Source: an uncultured Acidimicrobiia bacterium
GTDB taxonomy: Bacteria > Acidobacteriota > Terriglobia > Versatilivoradales > Versatilivoraceae
Length of the DNA stretch: 64,000 nucleotides
Assembly (NCBI GenBank): GCA_963752385.1
Contig: CAVVYL010000044.1
Span: 192,062 to 256,061 of the forward strand
Direction: 5' to 3'
Numbering within the stretch: position 1 is the stretch's first letter; every line of letters starts with the position of its first letter. Positions 20,371-31,543 of this stretch are shown here, piece after piece. The position numbers were made by a program, and so were the translations under genes. Below the pieces are notes generated by a model. That model ran no database searches. It saw nothing but the letters and a program-made list of their open reading frames with translations, and was not told the DNA's origin.

Positions 20371-21707
20371 GATGTCTCCTCACGGTACACTGGCAGGGTG
20401 AAGCAAAAGGTCAGTCCACCACTGAGGTTGGCCGTGGCCCACATCCTGCCCTGATGATCATGGATGATGGTACGGCTAATCGATAAGCCCATCCCCAGTC
20501 CCTGCTTCTTGGTGGTGAAAAACGGTTCAAAGGCGCGCTCCAGCTCTTCCGGCGCCAACCCCACTCCGGAGTCCCGCACTGTCACCAGGACTTCGTCCGG
20601 GGCTTGCCGAGCCGACTGGATCAGCAGCTCTCGTGACCCCTCCTCAGTCTCCGCAACAGCCTCGATCCCATTCTTTATCAGGTTCAGCAGGACTTGCTGC
20701 AGCCGAACCCGGTCGCCCATGACCAGTGGGAGGTTGGTAGCCAGTTCGACCCGCAGCTCCACCCCCTTCAGGGTGACTTCGCTCCTGACCAAAGCACAAA
20801 CTTCGCTAATGGCTCCGTTGATCGAAAGCGGCGCCTTCGCCGGGACACTCTTGCGGAGCAGAGCGCGAATACCACCGCTGACGTCGCTCACGCGGCGCGC
20901 GTCCCGGACAACGTCCTCCAATATCTCGCGAATCTGATTCCAGTCAGGGTCGGCACACTGGACCCAGTCGAGGCAGAGGTCAGCATTGGTAATGACGGCG
21001 GTCAGAGGTTGGTTAATCTCGTGAGCGATCGAAGCCGCCAGTTCGCCCATCAAGGTGACCCGGGAAACATGGGCAAGTTCGGTCTGCGCTTTATGCAAGG
21101 CTTCCTCAGCCCGCTTGCGCTCGGTGATGTCGAGATGAGAAACGACAATTCCTCGCTGCTGCGGCAGCCGTATCGCCGACATTCGATACCAGACCGAGGA
21201 CGAAGTCTCCGGTGACCGGCACTCATACTCCATCTCAAACGCTTGCCGTGACGCATCGATCACAGCCTGGAGTCCCGCCAAGGCATGCCGAGCAGTCTCG
21301 TTTCCCTGCATCCAGGCCTGCCGGCAGGTCTCGAGGTAGTTGGCGCCGACAGCCATCGTGGCTGGCGAAATACCGCCGATCTCACGCCCGAAGCTGTTCC
21401 ATTGCTTGTTGACGGTAACAATGGTGCCGTCGCGATCAACAACGGCGATGGAGATCTTCAACGAGTCCAGAACCACCCGGTAGAGCTCTTCGCTTTCGCG
21501 CAAGGCCTCTTCAGTTTCCATGTAGGCCCGCACATCAGCAAAGATCCCACTCATGCGTTGAAAACCTGGCGCCACCTCGTCAGGCCACAACTCCTGCGAC
21601 ACCCGGCCAGAGATCTTGTCCGCCATACAACCACCTTTCAACTCCACACAAACCTGCCGAGGCATACCTGCGCATGAGATCCAACACCTGGAGACAAACG
21701 GTGACAA
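20367..21707 (-). CDS. PAS-domain sensor histidine kinase (FixL-like; HisKA + HATPase_c)
   Basis: H-box LAASIAHEINQPLTAV. N/G-box region DSGVGLAPEELERAFEPFFTTKKQGLGMGLSISRTII. Two PAS-like segments upstream. Likely true start at MADKISGR (~21626). Confidence 0.8.
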   Translation of the reverse strand: MSPFVSRCWISCAGMPRQVCVELKGGCMADKISGRVSQELWPDEVAPGFQRMSGIFADVRAYMETEEALRESEELYRVVLDSLKISIAVVDRDGTIVTVNKQWNSFGREIGGISPATMAVGANYLETCRQAWMQGNETARHALAGLQAVIDASRQAFEMEYECRSPETSSSVWYRMSAIRLPQQRGIVVSHLDITERKRAEEALHKAQTELAHVSRVTLMGELAASIAHEINQPLTAVITNADLCLDWVQCADPDWNQIREILEDVVRDARRVSDVSGGIRALLRKSVPAKAPLSINGAISEVCALVRSEVTLKGVELRVELATNLPLVMGDRVRLQQVLLNLIKNGIEAVAETEEGSRELLIQSARQAPDEVLVTVRDSGVGLAPEELERAFEPFFTTKKQGLGMGLSISRTIIHDHQGRMWATANLSGGLTFCFTLPVYREETS

Positions 21708-22203
21708 TCAAATCCATCCTCTTGCGGATATACTTCTGCCCGTAGAGTGGCGGACCGCCGTTTGGTAGAGCTGGTCACTGAAATGCTGCGTATGAAAACA
21801 GATGTCATTCTAAACTGCAGTTAAGTCAAGCTACTTTCGCGTCAGAAGCAGAATCGACGCTCAAATAGCCTCGCCGTCGGCGCGGAGACGAAGAGCAGAC
21901 CCGAGCCCGTAAAGCTGGGAAAGCTTACACTGCCAAATTCCCCTTCGGTACTAGTAGTTTTACGGGATGGTGATTTTTTCGCTTGGCGCCGGGTCTCCTA
22001 TGTGCTGGAATAAATTAATGCGCTGTGTTGAGTCGTGGTGAGTGACCTTGACTTGCCAGACGACCTGCTCAATGCTGGGATCTTGTGTTCTGTCGGATCC
22101 TGCGGGATTCTTCTGGGTCTTACCGGTGCCTTTCCGCAAACCGCCTGGAAAAGGCTCCGATACCCGTCTATGGTCTTCCGGTGGGTGGGGTCAAAGCCGC
22201 CTA

Positions 22204-23181
22204 ATGAGTTCAAAGCCACGTAGCTGTAAGGAAAGCGCTCCAGAGTCTCATCCTGTACTTGGGGCCAGAGCCAATCGGCGTTCAGACCCGCACACGCCGC
22301 TCAGAAGGCTGGCGCGTCGCGTCTTGCCGTCAGCGCTGCGGAAGGCGCTGCGCCTTCTGAGCCACTCGTCGTGGCAGTGGCTTTGCGACCAGGTTCCCGA
22401 CCGCTTTGTGCAGGCGTCGTACTTCAAGCGGACGTTCGGACGTGACCTGAACCTAGCGGCACCCCAGACGTTCAATGAAAAGATCCAGTGGCTGATGCTG
22501 TACCACCGGATTCCTGAAGTGACACGGCTCGCGGACAAGTATGAGGTTCGGAGCTACGTAGCCCAGCAGGTCGGGGATTGGCTGCTCAACGACCTCTATG
22601 GCGCATGGGACGATCCATCGGCCCTGGCGTTCGACCAACTCCCGAAATCGTTCGTCCTCAAGGTGACGTCAGGCTCTGGCCAAAGCGTTTTCTGTCGAGA
22701 CAAGTCGCGACTCGATGTCGAAAGCACCCGGCGTAAGCTGGCGAAGTGGATGAAGCGGAGTGAGTACTGGGTGGCGCGAGAGTGGTGCTACAAGAACATC
22801 CGACCCCGAATCATCTGCGAGCGGTTCCTGACAGATGAGACAGGAGCTATCCCGTCGGACTTCAAGTTCTTCTGCTTCGACGGAGAGCCTCTGTTCGTGC
22901 AGCTCGATATGGATCGTTTCGCGAACCATCGGCGCGACTTGTTCGACCTCGACTGGAAGCTGCTTCCCTTTGATATCGGACTGTATCCCTCCAGCGGTTT
23001 GAATATACAGCGGCCCCAGAACCTCGAGACCATGATCTCAGTGGCGCGCGCATTGTCACGGGGGTTCCCATTCGTCCGTGTCGATCTGTACTCGATTCGA
23101 GAGCGCGTGATCTTTGGCGAAATGACCAGCCTGCGGCGGATCGCAGATTGTGCTGCACACCTGATGGAACAGAGGCACTGA
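22204..23181 (+). CDS. TupA-like ATP-grasp family protein (teichuronopeptide-biosynthesis-like amidoligase)
   Basis: Family-diagnostic blocks LNLAAPQTFNEKIQWLMLY, FVLKVTSGSGQSVF, PSDFKFFCFDGEPLFVQLDMDR and FVRVDLY. Start is uncertain: ATG 22204 or TTG/CTG near 22309-22324. The ORF track's 22042 start is probably upstream read-through. Confidence 0.6.
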   Translation: MSSKPRSCKESAPESHPVLGARANRRSDPHTPLRRLARRVLPSALRKALRLLSHSSWQWLCDQVPDRFVQASYFKRTFGRDLNLAAPQTFNEKIQWLMLYHRIPEVTRLADKYEVRSYVAQQVGDWLLNDLYGAWDDPSALAFDQLPKSFVLKVTSGSGQSVFCRDKSRLDVESTRRKLAKWMKRSEYWVAREWCYKNIRPRIICERFLTDETGAIPSDFKFFCFDGEPLFVQLDMDRFANHRRDLFDLDWKLLPFDIGLYPSSGLNIQRPQNLETMISVARALSRGFPFVRVDLYSIRERVIFGEMTSLRRIADCAAHLMEQRH

Positions 23182-23292
23182 AGCTTCCGAAGTCATCGAA
23201 CTCGACCTTCCTGAGACGGCTTTCATCGAGAATGGGATGGCCCTCTCACAGCTGACCGAGCCAAGAACCTTTTGAGTTGAATGTTACCAGGT

Positions 23293-23941
23293 TCACCGAC
23301 AGGGAGGCCACCGGGTGAGTGGTGGCAGCCTGTTGCTCCAAGGACCCCCATCACCTCGCTGGCTTACGCCAACTCGCCCCTCCTCATCCGAGGGGAATCC
23401 CGCCGTCAGGTTCTTTTTCATCGAATCCTTAGCTGCGCGCTCGAGGATTCCTTCTGCAGCGAACGGTCCGCTATTCCACAAGCGGATGCCATCAGCCAGC
23501 TCGTAATTGAGGGCAGACCGGATTTTGTTCTCGATCTGGAGGTAGCGCGCAACCTTCTTTTGCGGAAGCACCTGGGCCAGTTTCTGAGAGTAACTGCGTC
23601 TGAGTTTCAGCTGCGCCTCCTCGATCGCTAAGGCTTCGTCGAGGAGCTTTTTGGCCTTCTCGTCAGTGAGCGTGTTGGCACTGTAGTCCCCGGCATAACT
23701 CTTGATCAAACTGCCAGTCCGCTTGTTGATCCCGTCAAGCCTTCTGGCAAGCCTCGTATATGGGCCAAAACCCCTTCGCTTCGGCCTCAGTGAGTTGCAA
23801 GTTTTGGTCTACGAGAAGCTTCTTATCGGCTTTGACTTTCTGGCGAAGGAATTCCAGGTTGCTCGATGTCGTTTCCTGTGCCGGCGCTGGTACAACTGCT
23901 AGCAGAGCCAGTATGAGCAGAATGGGTGGAAGTGATTTCAT
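23293..23941 (-). pseudogene. secreted/periplasmic protein split across two frames (one apparent frameshift)
   Basis: ORF 23735..23941 encodes a signal peptide plus coiled-coil-like start (MKSLPPILLILALLAVVPAPAQE...). ORF 23293..23709 (TTG start, different frame) continues a similar low-complexity helical sequence. The 26-bp gap and frame change suggest one indel. Confidence 0.35.
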
Positions 23942-23999
23942 GAGAAAGCCTCCTGATTGGATGAAGAATCTTGAAGAGAGAATATCCCGACTGCGGAGG

Positions 24000-24407
24000 T
24001 TAGGTGCTCAGTTCTCCCTTGCCTGCTGTCCTCGACTTCAGCGCCTGGTCTAGAATCTCAAACAGGTCCGCCTTACTGAAGGGCTTGAGCAGGAAGCCCC
24101 GGGCGCCGGCCTGTAACGCTCGACCTCGGACTCCCTCGTCATCCTGAGCCGTGATGAAAATGATCGGGATTCGACGATTGGCTGCTGCCAGGTGATCCTG
24201 TAAGCCGAGGCCGCTCATACCTGGCAAAACCACATCAAGGATGAGACAGTCCAGCTTGGGCAAATGATCGGATTGCAAAACCTCTTCCGCAGAGGCGAAT
24301 GCTTCGACAGTAAAGTGATGGGAGATGACGATCCTTTTGAGCGACTTCCGGACAGACTCGTCGTCATCGACGATGCCCACGACGGCTGATTCGTGCACCT
24401 TTGTCAC
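24000..24407 (-). CDS. single-domain response regulator (stand-alone receiver, FixJ-like)
   Basis: Receiver motifs VGIVDDDESVRKSL...DCLILDVVLPGMSGL...LLKPF. No output domain. Confidence 0.75.
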   Translation of the reverse strand: MTKVHESAVVGIVDDDESVRKSLKRIVISHHFTVEAFASAEEVLQSDHLPKLDCLILDVVLPGMSGLGLQDHLAAANRRIPIIFITAQDDEGVRGRALQAGARGFLLKPFSKADLFEILDQALKSRTAGKGELST

Positions 24408-24931
24408 CCTACGACTGACTCCTCACACCTGCAAAATGTGAGCACCTGTTGCGACCTGCCTAGACCGTTCTCACCATTCCCCACAGGGAATCCTAGCGGC
24501 CGCGCGCCACGCTTGTCCATTGTGCGTTCGTATCGGCGCCTAGTACTGTGGTATACATTTGAGGCAGGCAGCTTATACCTTGGTATAAATGGCGACGTCT
24601 GTTTTGTCCGGAAGGAGTCAGATTTTGGGAGGACCGGGAATAGGCCGAATGTCTCTGGTGCGGAAAAGCACGAGGTGTTGGCGAAGAAACCAGGTCTTCC
24701 CCGAGGAATCTTAGTCCCCGTGGGCAGCGACCAAGTTCACAAGACCGGTGAAGTCTCTCTTTTCCCTGGCCCCACCATTGGAGAGGCAGTTTGAGGGTTA
24801 GGGTTGCGATAGGACACTTCCGTCACGCGGCCGCCTGAGGTTGATCGCTACATCTTGGCCCCAAAGCCCCCCTACCGCTATACGAAGGCTGAAGCCGCTG
24901 AAACCCGTACGCGGACATCGCCCAAAAGCGT

Positions 24932-25474
24932 CTAGGTCTTCCCCTTTGGAGGATACTGCTTGAAGGCCTTGTTAAGAACTTCGCTGAGCTTCTGTTGCTG
25001 CTTTTCTGGATTCCCTAAATTCTTAACCCGATCTTGGACGATCGCGCGCCAGGCCAACTGGTTGGTCGAGGCATTCACCATCTCGATCAACAGGCTGCCT
25101 TGCACAGCAGTAGTGGAGGTAATCCCCGACCAACCTTGAGGAATACCCCAGTCGTACCGTGCTTCCTGCCCCGGTGCGTACAGGCTGCCTCCTGTTTGAA
25201 GCGCGCCCAAGGTACCGAAGTAGGTGACAAAGACATCTGGATTCTCTTTCGCTTCGGTCATGCCCTTGGCGTTGAGCTCATTGCGCATCGTATTGACGAT
25301 ATGCGTATCGAGCTGGTCGTGATTCTCGGCCGCCATCAGCAGGCCGGGCTTGAACGCATAGGTCTTGAACTTCGAAAACGGCGCGTCCTTGTCAAACTCA
25401 CTTTTGATTTTTTCAGCCAAGGCAGACCCGGGCGTCAGGGCAAAGCTCAGTCCAATCAGAACAGCAACTCTCAT
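24932..25474 (-). CDS. small secreted protein (DUF4136-like)
   Basis: Start placed at ATG 25474 (MRVAVLIGLSFALTPGSALA signal peptide), with GGAGG ~10 nt upstream on the coding strand. The rest of ORF 24932..25744 upstream of that Met is unlikely to be coding. Confidence 0.5.
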   Translation of the reverse strand: MRVAVLIGLSFALTPGSALAEKIKSEFDKDAPFSKFKTYAFKPGLLMAAENHDQLDTHIVNTMRNELNAKGMTEAKENPDVFVTYFGTLGALQTGGSLYAPGQEARYDWGIPQGWSGITSTTAVQGSLLIEMVNASTNQLAWRAIVQDRVKNLGNPEKQQQKLSEVLNKAFKQYPPKGKT

Positions 25475-25527
25475 CTTTCTTGTGCCTCCGTGTAAGATTT
25501 CCTTCGAATAGATCCGTCCCCCACCCA

Positions 25528-26574
25528 CTACGGGAACGACCAACTGATCGACGTCGTTGTGACGTAGTCGCTGCCGGGGAGAGTGGCTGGTGGCCGACTG
25601 TCCAGGTTGACGGTCTGGCTCAAGTTCCACCAGAGACTCTGCCCGCGAATGAGCCGGTACTTCAGACTGGTGTTCCAGTCCATACGGACACGGCCCGCCA
25701 CTGAAATGCTGGGGAAAACGAACAGCGTCGAATCCAGGTTCCACTGCCTAAATCTGAACCAGGAGACGTAGAGTCCAGCCAAGCCTTCAAGCCCATTTTC
25801 AGTAGGAGTGACCGTGGCGCCCACATCGTAGCGCTCGTTGTTCCAGACTACTCCGCCGATGAGCCGCACATTCAGCCTCTCGCGGCGGATGGCATTGTAG
25901 GTGGGGCCGCCGCCGACGATCGTGCGGAGATCCAGTTGTTGCTCTTGGCTCGTCAGGAAATCACCCAGAGCCCCCAGGCCCCACCTGGGCGAAAGCCGTT
26001 TGTCGAACCCTAACCGGAAGTTTTGGCGGTTGGTGCTGACCGTTTCTTGCTGGGTGGTGAAGATCGAGCTGAACGAAAAGGCAGCTCGATAACCAGGAGT
26101 CTCGTAGCTGACACCCCCGTCAGCGTTCCACTGCTTCTGGCTGTTGCTTTTCGTGAGAGATAACCCGCCGCCCAAGCTGATCTCGAGCAGCCCGCTCAGT
26201 CCGGCGACGGTTTGCCTGACCCAGTCGATTTCGTTGCGGTGCACTTTCTGCTCGGAATCGCCCATGAGGATCACCAACTCGTCCGCAGATTCGCCAGTGC
26301 CCGCGCCCTTCCCGATGCGGCCCAGGAAACGCTGGCCGGCAATCGTTTGAAGCTGAAAGATACGCTCGCTTTCCACGCGAGCGATTTGTCTCCAGTTAAG
26401 CTTGGCGTCGCCATCAATGAGAGGCGAACTGAAGATGAGCTGCCCGTGGTCAAGATATTTGATCGTGCCGCTGAGCCGGTCGCCGTTCTTGAAGACAACG
26501 ACGTCCTGTGCTTTGGCCGGCAAAAGAAAGGCTCCCCCCAACCAAACCCCGACAAGCGTCAGGTCGACCACTTC
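25528..26574 (-). CDS. DUF481-family outer-membrane beta-barrel protein
   Basis: Mature N-terminus QDVVVFKNGDRLSGTIKY matches the DUF481 signature (V-x-L-K-N-G-D-x-L-x-G). Alternating beta-strand pattern and aromatic C-terminus (SISWSFP). Start (GTG/other, ~26571) is uncertain. Confidence 0.55.
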   Translation of the reverse strand, partial: EVVDLTLVGVWLGGAFLLPAKAQDVVVFKNGDRLSGTIKYLDHGQLIFSSPLIDGDAKLNWRQIARVESERIFQLQTIAGQRFLGRIGKGAGTGESADELVILMGDSEQKVHRNEIDWVRQTVAGLSGLLEISLGGGLSLTKSNSQKQWNADGGVSYETPGYRAAFSFSSIFTTQQETVSTNRQNFRLGFDKRLSPRWGLGALGDFLTSQEQQLDLRTIVGGGPTYNAIRRERLNVRLIGGVVWNNERYDVGATVTPTENGLEGLAGLYVSWFRFRQWNLDSTLFVFPSISVAGRVRMDWNTSLKYRLIRGQSLWWNLSQTVNLDSRPPATLPGSDYVTTTSISWSFP

Positions 26575-27414
26575 TCTGATCGTGCGCACCCCTCCACCCT
26601 CCAAAGGTATTGCCTTGACTGCTTCGAGGACAGTCCCTCGGGAGCAGATGGAACCGACAATAAGGCCTTCAGCATAGTGAGCCAGGTTGAGAATGTCCAC
26701 TGGAACCCGCAGATACGCAATTACGAAATTTGGTTCGCGTTTCGTGTTGGGTGATCGGGTTTCTCGCGCGACACTCAGCCGCCTCCCACCATCGTAGCTT
26801 CCCCGCTATCGCCCGTAAGATCACCTCTTGAACCTTCATCATCCGCTCCACGGCCGCTTCCGAATAGTGCTTCATGCTGACCTCCTGTCATCAGCATGCG
26901 CCTGATTCCTCCGCGACCTGATGCGGACATTTCATTTGCTAATCTCACCGGACAGATCATGTATCAATAACATCAAATGAAAACGTTATTGCGGTGAGGC
27001 AAGATGTTGTGCGATCAGTCTTGCAGATGATATCCAAAAGGATCATGAGATAAGCGGCGCTCCCACTGTCGAGAGGATTCTTCGAAGCGACGAATAGGGT
27101 TGAGGCAAAGTTGAGCCGTTAAGCAGCGGGGTCCTGCAGTTAGGCCGTTCATCGAGGTGACATCAATGGAGGAATCGAAATTGATATTGGGGATATTGGG
27201 GCCAATAGCAGGATTTATTACTGCTTCTTAGCTGAACCAATAAGGATCTACTTTTCGAATAAGTTCAGCAGAGGATTGAGGAAGGCATTGTATATGACCT
27301 CAAAAATGCGTGAAATCGAATTCTGATTGCTTGAAAGGCACGAAAACATTGGGTACAGCTTGAGAAACTAGCTGAGATTCACGGAGTTTAGACAATCTTT
27401 AAGCAGTGACTTGA

Positions 27415-28772
27415 TCAGAGCCGCTTTGAATTGATTCTGGTAGTGATAGTCCTGGGCAAGACTAAAACATTGCGATTGGCTTTGTTGACGAGCTTGGCGG
27501 GAGAACGAAAAAGTCGGTTCGAACGCTGTCGAGCGTGGCAACAGGTATTCGGGGGGTAGGCAGAGCGTTTGAACCAGTGAACTAGGTTGAAAGCCAGCAG
27601 GAGGATCTGGAAGAACGCCACGTTGGAGGTCCACTGCTCGGTGGGGATCTTGGCCAAGGGGTAATGGTAGAGCAGTTCGCGGATGTCTTTTTCGATGGTG
27701 GCCCGCTTGTCGTAAAACCGCCAGACGTGCCAAGGTTGAGATTTCAGATTGGTGACCAACACGTGATAGACATACTTTCGGTCTTTGAACAAGGTCAGCT
27801 GCCGCGCTTCGGCCGGGTCTGGCGGGATGGGACGACGGACGACGACAAAGCGATGGGGCTTTCTCCAGGTTTGCGGCTGATATCGAAACACTCCCGCTTC
27901 CCAGCCGGAATGAATTTTGCGGAACCGGCATTGTTGAGCCCGACGTTTGATGATGGGATAACACTTGGCCACAATGGCATAGAGGCAGCCGACCGCTTCC
28001 AGGTAGGCAATGAGCCGATAGCGGAAGAAGCCCGCGTCGCTCGGAAGCGGATACGAGACCGTCCCAGTTTCTTGGGAGCTTTGGCCAAGCAACGTTGGAC
28101 GAAGGCCACCACGCCGGTGCTGACCGCAGCATCCCCGGAGCGCAAAGACCCATGCAAGAACTCCTGGCAATGGGCTTCGAAGCACAACAGCGGGTGATAG
28201 GAACGCCGCCCGTGTTTTTTGGGATTGTAGCCCACGCGCGCACCCTGCTGGCGCCCGTAGACCGTCACCACCACCGAGTTGAGGTCGAAAGTCAAGCTGC
28301 TTCGGGACCGAGGCGAAGTAAACAGCCGTTGGCGCAGCTGGTCGTGCAGCTGAACGATCTGACGGATGGATGGGGGTGACAGACGTTTGAGGAATCGTCG
28401 CAGCGTGGACTGGTCTGGGAACCGTTCCAGCCCGAGCAAGGAGAGAAAGGTTCCGTTGTATTGCAGGATCTCGGTCTTGTTGATGCGTCGCAACCCGGCA
28501 ATGATTACGAACAGCAAGGCCAGAATCAAGTCCGCTGGAGCGTAACCGGGGTTGCGCTGTGTGATCTGCACTTGACGTTGCAATCGGCGACGTAGCCCCA
28601 GCTGGCTGCAAAAACGCTGCATCAGCACCAGGCCGCCAAAATGTGTCAAGTGGTCCTCGGAAAACTGAAGATCGAGTCTCCGCAAGCCTTTTGGCATATT
28701 CCCTATGAGGAAAAAACGATCTGAGCCAATGACACAAAGCTCACCAAAAGTGAGGTTTGTGTCACAAACCAT
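27415..28772 (-). pseudogene. IS1380/IS4-like DDE transposase, frameshifted. N-terminal half in frame of ORF 27795..28772, C-terminal half in frame of ORF 27415..28737
   Basis: N-terminus HLTHFGGLVLMQRFCSQLGL resembles IS1380-family transposase N-termini. C-terminal frame carries the Y-x2-R-x3-E-x6-K-like block YDKRATIEKDIRELLYH. Element lies in AT-rich DNA. Confidence 0.6.
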
Positions 28773-29700
28773 TCTTCTCTCTCAAGGCCTGAAATCATGC
28801 ACTTTCTCACAGATTCATCAACTGATTTCACGCATTTTTGAGGTATATGAAAATAATACATCTATATGCTGGATTGAATGATGATTTTCCAAAAAGAAAT
28901 AGCGGCCGAAAAAATTCGTAAGGACCAGCTCAAGATTAATATTGATACATTAACACAAGACTGTTACCTATCCGCCAAAGCAACTCCTATAGATTTTTAT
29001 GAGATCGATGAATCAACACGGCGGCCTGGATGTTGCGGTAATGACATCACCTATCCTTGGTCTTATGGTCGTCATCTCGTCGATCTGGCCGGAAGACGGG
29101 CAAATCGGAAGTGATCGGCGTGGCCCGCATCGATGTCCGGATGGCCGACTTAACTGGCCAATCGTGATGCCCGCGCACATCTAACCCTCACAGAATGCGA
29201 ACTCTGTCGGCGCGTGCACAGATTGGACCAGTTAAGTCGAAATTAACCGGCCAACCTGTTTGATCAGAGAGCGCTTAGGCTGAAATTAAGGTTCAAACAG
29301 ATGTGGCCGGTTATTTTTAACAATCCGGGAACTACTCCATTAACAGAAACAACCGCGTTTCTCGATACTCATGTCAATCTCGCTGGAGCCGGACGGATGC
29401 ACTCGCCCTAGCCATGATGAACGCGATAAAGTCTAGGCTTCGGCAATTCGAGACATTGGTCTATAACTCCCAAAAGGATACTTCCCGGAGATGCCGACGT
29501 GACCAAGATTGTTTCTTGGCTCGTGTCTAACTTCCGCCTCCAGTTGTGCAGGTAACAACAGCGGGAGCAGACGGCCCGCGCCAAGACACGGCGGCTCTAA
29601 GAGGACTCGTGAACGGTGGGGAATGAACTCACATTGAAGCTTTCTTCTCTAACCACGAGTAGAAGATTACTAGAAGTAACGACACGCTAGGAGAAGCAGA

Positions 29701-30593
29701 ATGACGAAACAGATGGACCTGGTCGATCGATTCACACTCTCCGGCACCTCGATGAGCTTGAACCGCATGGGCTATGGCGCAACGCAACTTGCCGGTCCGC
29801 AGGTGTGGGCACCGCCGCGCGATGTGGACGGTGCGCTTGCTGTTCTGCGGGAAGCGGTAGCGGTCGGCGTCTCTCGATACAGCGACTTTTACGGTCCCTG
29901 TGACATCGATCTTAGCGGCGCTTCTCCTTCCGATGACTGGTGATCGTCACCAAGGTCGGCGCTCGCCGAGGCGAAGACAAGTCCTGGCTTCCTGCTCTTT
30001 CGCGTCAAGAACTGATCGACGCCGTACATGACAACCTTCGAAATCTCGGGTTAGACAAGCTCGACGTCGTCAATCTCCGCGTTGGAGGAATCATGGAGCC
30101 ATCGGAAGGATCCATTGAAGAACCGCTGACCGTACTAGCCGAACTCAAGCGCCAGGGACTGATTCGTTATCTGGGTCTGAGCAACGTCCGCCCGCAGCAG
30201 TTCGCTGAGGCTCAGAGAATTACGGAGATAGTCTGCGTGCAGAACTTTTACAACGTCGCACACCGAACCGATGATGGCTTCATCGATGACCTCGCGAAAC
30301 AAGGCATAGCCTATGTGCCATTCTTTCCACTGGGAGGCTTCACTCCTTTGCAGTCGTCGGCGCTCGACACAGCAGCAGCCTCACTGCGGGCCACGCCGAT
30401 GCAGGTTGCGCTCGTGTGGCTTCTTCATAAGTCGCCGAACATCCTATTGATCCCGGGCACATCTTCTGTCGAACATCTTCGTGAGAATCTCAAGGCTGCA
30501 ACGCTACAAATTCCTTCCGAAATGATTGCCGATCTTGATTCAATCAGCGGAATTCCTGGGGAGGGATTAACGGCGGCAACGCTCCAGTCTTAG
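29701..30593 (+). pseudogene. aldo/keto reductase, frameshifted
   Basis: ORF 29701..29943 carries the AKR N-terminus (MGYGATQLAG...LREAVAVGV). ORF 29940..30593, in a different frame, carries the rest (IVTKVGARRG...YLGLSNV...). Frame change near 29880-29940. Confidence 0.6.
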
Positions 30594-30735
30594 GCCGGAT
30601 CAGTAACAATAACCCCCTGAGAAGTTAACGAGGGAACGACCCAACTTCCGAATTGCCTACACGACCCTGGACTCGAATCGGTGAACGGTGCTTCCGTCAT
30701 CGACTGTTGGTAGCCCAACCTTAAGTCACACACAT

Positions 30736-31482
30736 GGCATAGTTTGAGACTTAATTCTAGGCCATCAGCTCTGCAGCTGGCAGAGTCCCAAAACCATGAA
30801 GAGTCTCAGCTGTCCCGACCGGTACTGCCCTTCTTCGGGAAAAGGCAACGTCGGAGCCATCATTCGCCACGGCTTTTACACGACTCGGTCGGGGAAGCGT
30901 CGTCGCTACCAGTGCCGGACTTGTGGAAAGACATTCTGCTCGATAACCGGGACACCTTATTATCGACTTCAGCACCGGCGTACGGTGTTTGATGAGGTTG
31001 CTCCTCCCAGTGTCTAAGGTCTGAATAAGTCTGCTATCGCTCGAGTCAAGCGAATTGCCTGGAACACGGTTCATCGCTGGCTAGAAAAAGCAGCGGCTTG
31101 GTTTCGTCTCTTCAGCGATCGAAAAATGAGAAGGCTGTCTGCCTCGGAGTTTCAGGCAGACGAGATGCGAACGATCGTTGGGGGCAAGAGCCAGCCAATC
31201 TGGGTTTTCGCCGTGATCGACGTCTGGTCCCGACTTTGGCCATCGACCGTGGTCGGGAAACGCAGCTACCGCAACACGCTGGACTTGTTTCGAGACCTCT
31301 CCAACCGAATGAGTCTCGAAGCTATTCCTCTGATCACCACCGACGCATTCAAGTTCTACGAGAGGGTCCGGTTGACAACTGTACGCCATTCTGCCACTCT
31401 GCGCCATGGAAACGCACGCTTGTGGGCTTCGGACTCCGGGCTAACGTCCCGGAGGGCCAGAAGGATGATTTCCTATCAGTGA
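30736..31482 (+). mobile_element. IS1-family element remnant (InsAB-like transposase, frameshifted and 3'-truncated); diverged copy of the element at 58930..60090
   Basis: Terminal sequence GGCATAGTTTGAGACTTAATT matches rc of 60068..60090 (GGTATAGTTTGAGACTCAATT). ORF 30796..31017 is ~88% aa identical to the N-terminus of ORF 58966..60030 (Zn-finger CPxRxCPxSGKG...YQCRTCGKTF). ORF 31126..31482 matches its middle (VIDVWSRLWPSTVVGKRSYRNTLDLF). Similarity is lost after KFYERV (~31375). Confidence 0.7.
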
Positions 31483-31543
31483 TGAACTACCCCGAAATTA
31501 AAAAGAGAGCACCGATTATTGTTTTTGCACTCTCTCTCACGTT

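Noticed and set aside
27000-29700. Searched AT-rich island flanks for a CRISPR array or integron attC sites
   Set aside because: No regularly spaced direct repeats. The sequence reads as IS termini and degenerate intergenic DNA.
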